DNA of 59,745 nt from an uncultured Clostridia bacterium (GTDB lineage: Bacteria > Bacillota > Clostridia > Christensenellales > CAG-917): NCBI GenBank assembly GCA_947589395.1, contig CANQAA010000002.1, forward strand, positions 1 through 59,745, read 5' to 3'. A program made the position numbers and the translations under genes. The notes beneath the pieces were generated by a model, which had not been told where the DNA came from, did no database searches, and saw only the letters and a list, made by a program, of their open reading frames with translations. Position 1 is the first letter of the stretch. Every line of letters begins with the position of its first letter. This document shows positions 56,501 to 59,745 of the stretch, piece by piece.

Positions 56501-58654
56501 GCGTTTGCGTATAACAACGCGCTTGTGACGGCAACTCTCGGCGCGGGCACGACGGCAATTTCAAACGCCGCGTTCATGGGCGAGGAAGCAGAGGTCGAGA
56601 GCGGACAGATCTACTATTATTCGCCGCTTGAAAGGGTCAACATCCCCACGAGCGTCAAGTCGATAGGACAGGCGGCGTTCGCGTACAATTGCGCGCTTGA
56701 AACAATCAATCTCGCAAATGTCGAGACCTTCGGCGCGCAGGCGTTCTACTTCGACCTGTCTTTGGAAAACGCGGATCTTGGCAAGGCAAAGATCATCGGC
56801 GACGGAGCGTTTTATCTGACGAGCATCGTCGACGCGGACCTGAAAGAGGCGGAGTATATCGGCGACATGGCGTTCTATCTGAGCTCGGTTGCGACTCTCA
56901 ACATGCCAAAGGCGAAATATATCGGCTCGTACGCGTTCAGGGGCACGGAGCTTGAGGAAGTGACCATCCCCGCAACGCTCGACACGAGCTACGTCTACGA
57001 GTGGGTGGACATTGACGAGATGGGCTACAGCGAAAACCGTCAGGGCAGCACTGCGGACAACTGGAACGGCGATCCACGCAGGCGCAACGTCAAGGCGTAC
57101 GGCGACGGCGCGTTTGCGGACATCTCGACGCTTCAGAACATCTATGTCGATGGCGACGTCGAGATCGAAGTCGTCGTGGACGGCAAAAAGAGAACGGCAA
57201 CCGGCAACGGCAAATATTTCTCTCTTGACGGCGTGCTTTACTCCGTGCTGCCAAATGGCTACAGGATAGAGCAATTCCCGGCAGGCAAGGGAGGCGAGGA
57301 AAACTTGTTGGGCAAGTACGTCATCGTTGACGACACGGTGACCGTCGCGGCACACGCGTTCGAAGGCGCGTTTATGCTCGACGAGGTGACCCTGCCCAAC
57401 ACCATGCTTCAGATCGGCGGCGGCGCGTTCTACAACACGTCGATAACAAAATATAACTTCCTCAGCGTCAAAGCGCCCACGTTGCTTGCGGAATACGACG
57501 AATATATCTATCACTTGATGGCGTATGTCACGGGCGAGGAAGACCTTTTGGGCATGACCAACACGGAGTATTACAACAACTTCGTGCCCGACGACATCGT
57601 CGCCAACTCCGACGATCTCGGCATCCCTGTCGACTACGAGCTGTTTGCCAATGCGGACTGGGTGTTTGACACCTGGCTCGGCTCTACGGCGCAGATGCTG
57701 TATCAGGACTTCAAACTGCTTGCGGTCGTTCCCAAGAACGGCTCGGGTTACGACTTCTGGCTGTACAAGAACTTCTTCTCGACCATTCAGCAAACCGAGA
57801 CGGACCTTCCCGACGTTGCGACTTCCAACGCGATAAAGGCGATCGGCAACTTGCCGACGGTCGAAAGCATAGCGGACATTGCGTCGATCGAAGATCTCAA
57901 CAAGGCGGGCGGCGCGGCTGAGGCTGTGGCAAACGCAAGAAAGCTCTACAACAAGATAACCGACCCCGTGCAACTCGAACTCGCAAAGGACTCCTACGCG
58001 GCGCTTGCGGCGGCAGAGGCGGCTTTAAGAGACCTCAAAAAGAACAAGTTCGGGCAGACCATCAACGTTACTTCCGTGACAGCTACGGGCAACTACAAGT
58101 CCCGCTATGACAACATCAAGTCCAAGTTCGACCCGACCGGCTTGCAACTGAACGTTGTGTTTGAGGACGGCTCCGAGATCGTTGTGGAAGGAAATCAGTT
58201 GAACTTCTCCGACATCCGCATCAAGAGGCAGACCTTCGGCGAGGGCGAGGGCAGCTACACGACCACAAGCTACTATGTGACCTCCACCTACGTCGACGAA
58301 AACAACAAGGCGTGGGACATCGAGCTCACCGTCAACCTCGACAATCCTCCGGATGAAAACTACACCGAAGAGGAAGAAGAGAACAAGCTCTCAAACGGCG
58401 CTATAGCGGGAATTGCGGTCGCGGCGGCAGCGGCGGCAGTGTTGATCGCTCTTGCCGTTGTGCTCACCGTGCTCGTCAAAAAGGGCGTGATCAAGGTTGC
58501 GAGCAAGCTCCCGAAGGCTGCGGCAAAGAAGGCTAAAGCGGGCGATGACCTCATCGACGACAAGGACGAGTTCTATGCGGACGACGCGGACGTCGACGTT
58601 GACATCGACGCGGACGTTGACGCGGACGACATAGACGGCGGAGACTTTGAGTAA
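50519..58654 (+). CDS. giant (2711 aa) cell-envelope subtilase: propeptide, S8 peptidase with PA insert, Ig-like (Big_2-type) segment, very long BspA-type LRR region, C-terminal TM anchor and acidic tail
   Basis: GGAGG lies 5 nt before ATG 50519. Signal-anchor MFKSEKRLATVSLILIAVMVFTLLF. Catalytic triad: D (IIDTGID, 51212), H (HGTHVAG, 51428), S (GTSMASP, 52538). PA-type IALVKRGTSTFAEKVQLAMDNGADAVVIYNN. SSVATVSTDGVLTTNGRGTATITA is the Ig-like segment. LRR units AFxNCxNLxxVxxP span about 54900-57480. TM helix at 58400-58477. Confidence 0.9.
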   Translation: MFKSEKRLATVSLILIAVMVFTLLFNVVTAGNISDLISSDSVSGIESTTSTSFKKSGLSFDGVSQELINKELAQQNIASYDGERWAIVELEGTNLYSSFKASGRYGDFQEYVASAEGRKLRASIEKNQNDFLKKLDRRGLSYTYKYSYYTINNGVALKIDADAFNAIREMAGVKDVYYSETYDVPKVEAVQNNAHVYTTGIYDTSALKNIDTDGDGTFESYQGEGMVVAIIDTGIDYNHPAFSNMPTNPKLSKEDVADLIASANGSGHFYAAGGVDDLYYNAKIPFSYDYADDDTNAYAGFESHGTHVAGIVAGRDDGKVVNENTHETFTGVAPEAQLVIMKVFTDDLDSPVLGGANSVDILRAVNDCVRLGVDVINMSLGTSAGFADGKSNNFLNSIYGSVEDAGISLVVAASNDYSSGFGGGNGTNLASNPDSGTVGAPSTYQAAISVASINGQMSKYILANDDENQVAFITNSSDQYGNELDFIDDLYAKFSDQIDADGRLTFKYVLIGGVGEISNYNSQVYNRLNDKTYRGTPVAGTIALVKRGTSTFAEKVQLAMDNGADAVVIYNNVSGVIRMSLGDVENPVPACSISMDAANYILANTPFDGMGTITLDRDEFQAGPFMSDFSSWGPTPSLQLKPEITAHGGEITSAVGGEKNNEENGAYDIYSGTSMASPNMAGAVALLRQYLTKKVDSNLKGPELEARVNQLLMSTATIARNEEGNPYSPRKQGAGLADITSALMSEGYIYVEKDDKILDKTKLELGDDPTKSGVYTLEFVIKNIKDVQQVYSPTAYVMTETMASDNKTVAEKAFMLAPSSNDYCSVQYFVDGVAHTGDITVGANGESHVKVVITLNQSARDYLDANFVNGMYIEGFVSFDNKSEKGITLGIPYLGFYGDWNAAPLFDYDVFEIAESEQDTSVPEEKKLKASAAATQVVGMYYEDEMLLPLGTYLYAQAEEDVQMYPSRDKMAVSMYDEQGNRTLYEIYCVWGGLLRGAAYMDIKVTNSATGEVVYQHQLENIAKSYAAGGSGRGALIELALNPYQWGMLNNETYTVEVNGQLDYETDTDALAKNPNNGSWKFDFTVDYEAPKMTGYRVRYVPYEQYGQTKYHIWLDVDVVDNHYVQDVIPAHLLDDVGRWNETLEEDGEGNRVYPQTLTLITDYAIAVQGEKGKQSTVSFEITDYYEEFVNKGNLYIQIEDYAMNSEVYNIILDEESLSFPETIDFVEDAAGKLRLPAGSIGKNADGSLYNIYSLSLRPNELYTLNCTEILDRYTWTGTTDAVLAKGNQIYANALTEGQAVTLYLTDGASVHDPYFDPDEDVDKIYAAVRVDVAGAELTKQRVEGISFKPILNGDDWVQPASGEVELNPGMNIQLQIEVSPWYLNIPGGYTYTSTNSSVATVSTDGVLTTNGRGTATITARANTGSAFELYTAQFIAVVGEEFEVTSYTLYDYYGGPNVVIPEDINVMYLDEECFRNREDIETVVLPSTLMQIPEGAFMNCTNLREVTIPGGCRVVGNMAFLNCPNLEKIILPDYTDGEHNVLDGVPGQLMVGRYGFANCPKLEHIAHATVQKNGNVLSYTVDNNDGGWLRVTTLYDYAFMNCTALGAIDISNLQVSGEGVFTGCTNLSSVTTSRATAIGAYMFDGCTNLRTFEYNATTVPDGAFFNTKNLQTITFTQELLSIGSEAFRGAGIETITLPDGKFDIGAYAFSQCPNLTTVKLSANTEIKFDETIATLFPQYTEDLTQYYEDAYGQVLTELAVNPFGGSDLFTAYELVGESEFYQVKDGVLYSKDGSALVSVPVGKTLSAIPSDVTAIGALALAGNKITNADLSSVTSIGKYAFAQSNLRTVTLPEIDKVDDGVFFDCTNLVSVTGLDKIKHIGKFAFAFTGDPDTTGATLLNVDLVAAQTIDNYAFYNSTIENITGGRTNRNEALQNVTEVGQYAFAYTLVDNINMPNLTKIGYAAFSNMYAYRNQQAVGLESITVGGVTEMGDFAFAYNNALVTATLGAGTTAISNAAFMGEEAEVESGQIYYYSPLERVNIPTSVKSIGQAAFAYNCALETINLANVETFGAQAFYFDLSLENADLGKAKIIGDGAFYLTSIVDADLKEAEYIGDMAFYLSSVATLNMPKAKYIGSYAFRGTELEEVTIPATLDTSYVYEWVDIDEMGYSENRQGSTADNWNGDPRRRNVKAYGDGAFADISTLQNIYVDGDVEIEVVVDGKKRTATGNGKYFSLDGVLYSVLPNGYRIEQFPAGKGGEENLLGKYVIVDDTVTVAAHAFEGAFMLDEVTLPNTMLQIGGGAFYNTSITKYNFLSVKAPTLLAEYDEYIYHLMAYVTGEEDLLGMTNTEYYNNFVPDDIVANSDDLGIPVDYELFANADWVFDTWLGSTAQMLYQDFKLLAVVPKNGSGYDFWLYKNFFSTIQQTETDLPDVATSNAIKAIGNLPTVESIADIASIEDLNKAGGAAEAVANARKLYNKITDPVQLELAKDSYAALAAAEAALRDLKKNKFGQTINVTSVTATGNYKSRYDNIKSKFDPTGLQLNVVFEDGSEIVVEGNQLNFSDIRIKRQTFGEGEGSYTTTSYYVTSTYVDENNKAWDIELTVNLDNPPDENYTEEEEENKLSNGAIAGIAVAAAAAAVLIALAVVLTVLVKKGVIKVASKLPKAAAKKAKAGDDLIDDKDEFYADDADVDVDIDADVDADDIDGGDFE

Positions 58655-58660
58655 ATTGTG

Positions 58661-58683
58661 CCCATCGGGCTCGTCCCGATGGG
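58661..58683 (+). terminator. strong hairpin after the giant gene (no U-tract)
   Basis: CCCATCGGG-CTCGT-CCCGATGGG is followed by AAAAAC, so it is atypical for an intrinsic terminator on the + strand. Confidence 0.35.
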
Positions 58684-58697
58684 AAAAACAATTGCTA

Positions 58698-58727
58698 TAG
58701 ACAAAATAAGGTATTTTGTGATATAAT
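58698..58727 (+). promoter_or_regulatory. sigma-A-type promoter with an extended -10
   Basis: TAGACA (58698-58703), 18 nt including TGA, TATAAT (58722-58727). Confidence 0.5.
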
Positions 58728-58775
58728 AAATTGTTTGAGAAAAACAGCGCGTGCGCGCAAAACGAGGATAAAACT

Positions 58776-59745
58776 TTGAAAAAGACTGCTTTGAGAATTA
58801 TGATGTGCGTGATGGCGATCCTGCTGCTTGCGGCGGGATTGGTCGCGTGCAACAAAAAGGGCGACAAGCTGCCGGACGACTATCGTTACGTCACTTTCGA
58901 CTACAATGTGGCGGGGCTTGAGACGAGTTCCGTGCCTCAGACGCAATATATCGCCGTGAAGCAAGGCGGGCTCGTGTCGATAAGACCCGGCTTCAACAAC
59001 CGCTTGGAAGAGCAGACCGTCATCAATTATTACATAAAGAGCTGGAACGTCGCGCTCGCGACGGACGAAAACGGCGAGCCCGAAAAGGACGAAAACGGCA
59101 GGGTCAAGCTCGGAAGAGCGTGGGACTTTGCGACCGACCGCGTGCAGGAGAACATCACGCTTTACGCAAACCTCATCAAGAGCCCCGTCATGCGCTTCAT
59201 CGACGCGGACACCAACGAGGAAGTGAGCACGATCGACGGCAAGCGTCCCGGCACGATCCAGCGCCAACCCTCCGCATCCTATGCGCCGAGAAAGAGCGGC
59301 TACACATTTATGGGCAGCTATTATGCGGACAGGGGGTGCACGCAGGAGTTTGATTGGACGGACGGAAACGGCGGCTCCTTCCGCTTTGGCGATCGCGACG
59401 TCGACGTCTACGTCAAGTTCATCGAGGGCGAGTGGGTGTTGGTCAGCGACCTTTCCGGTTTGATTTCCGCATTCAACACGGGCTCGAACATCTATCTTTT
59501 GAACGACATTGTGCTTGAAGAGAGCATGCAAGGGCAATCTTACGCTTCAAACTGGTCGCCAAACTCCTACAACGGAGTGTTCAACGGCAACAACCATACG
59601 ATAAAAAATATTCATGTCTATAGAGAAGCGTCGCGCAAGACGAACACGAACTTCGGCATATTCGGCAAGCTCGGCGCGAGGGCGCACGTCTACGATCTCA
59701 AAATCGAAAACGCCACCGTCGAAGTGTATTATGCGGACTCGAGCG
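58776..59745 (+). CDS. surface lipoprotein (3'-truncated by the window end) with Flg_new-type repeats followed by the onset of GLUG-like repeats; paralogue of 23333-26278
   Basis: Not in the ORF track because it is open to the window edge. Hand translation from TTG 58776 (GAGGA 7 nt upstream) gives (M)KKTALRIMMCVMAILLLAAGLVAC, then YVTFDYNVAG..., GYTFMGSYYADRGC..., then GVFNGNNHTIKNIHVY...FGIFGKLG. There is no stop to 59745. Confidence 0.8.
   Translation, partial: MKKTALRIMMCVMAILLLAAGLVACNKKGDKLPDDYRYVTFDYNVAGLETSSVPQTQYIAVKQGGLVSIRPGFNNRLEEQTVINYYIKSWNVALATDENGEPEKDENGRVKLGRAWDFATDRVQENITLYANLIKSPVMRFIDADTNEEVSTIDGKRPGTIQRQPSASYAPRKSGYTFMGSYYADRGCTQEFDWTDGNGGSFRFGDRDVDVYVKFIEGEWVLVSDLSGLISAFNTGSNIYLLNDIVLEESMQGQSYASNWSPNSYNGVFNGNNHTIKNIHVYREASRKTNTNFGIFGKLGARAHVYDLKIENATVEVYYADSS

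Noticed and set aside
53501-57973. Three long minus-strand ORFs (53501-54595, 54980-56443, 56561-57973)
   Set aside because: They lie entirely inside the giant protease/LRR gene. Their composition is Arg/Val/Asp-rich and typical of antisense frames of GC-rich coding sequence. They have no start context or motifs.

Overview
Chromosomal segment of a Bacillota (Clostridia-like) genome with GC-rich coding regions and AT-rich spacers. The core is a complete S10-spc-alpha ribosomal-protein supercluster on the + strand (27.1-42.7 kb: rpsJ to rplQ, including secY, adk, map, a small KOW protein, infA, and rpmJ, which I read by hand). Other housekeeping genes are a GlmU-like gene, pth, mfd, a phosphoglucomutase, class II fba, a TtcA-family PP-loop ATPase and a CDF exporter. 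Interleaved with these are accessory surface-protein genes. Five are lipoproteins built from Listeria-Bacteroides (Flg_new-type) repeats combined with BspA-type LRRs, GLUG-like repeats or unrecognisable Tyr/Thr/Gly-rich modules. There is also a helical lipoprotein, a 2711-aa subtilase-PA-Ig-LRR giant with a C-terminal TM anchor and acidic tail, and a BclA-like collagen-repeat protein. The least explained signals are non-coding and lie beside the surface genes. (i) A dispersed family of degenerate ~57-nt tandem repeats sits immediately 3' of three lipoprotein genes. (ii) A nested inverted-repeat element (49741-50111) has a compact hairpin derivative at 26477-26529. (iii) Helically phased palindromic TTTATGCATAAA boxes lie upstream of three surface genes. 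(iv) An XRE repressor gene has paired CTCAA-N4-TTGAG operators over the promoter of an LRR lipoprotein gene. I saw no rRNA, tRNA, CRISPR array, transposase, recombinase or reverse transcriptase. All calls come from reading the sequence and ORF translations. No database search was run.
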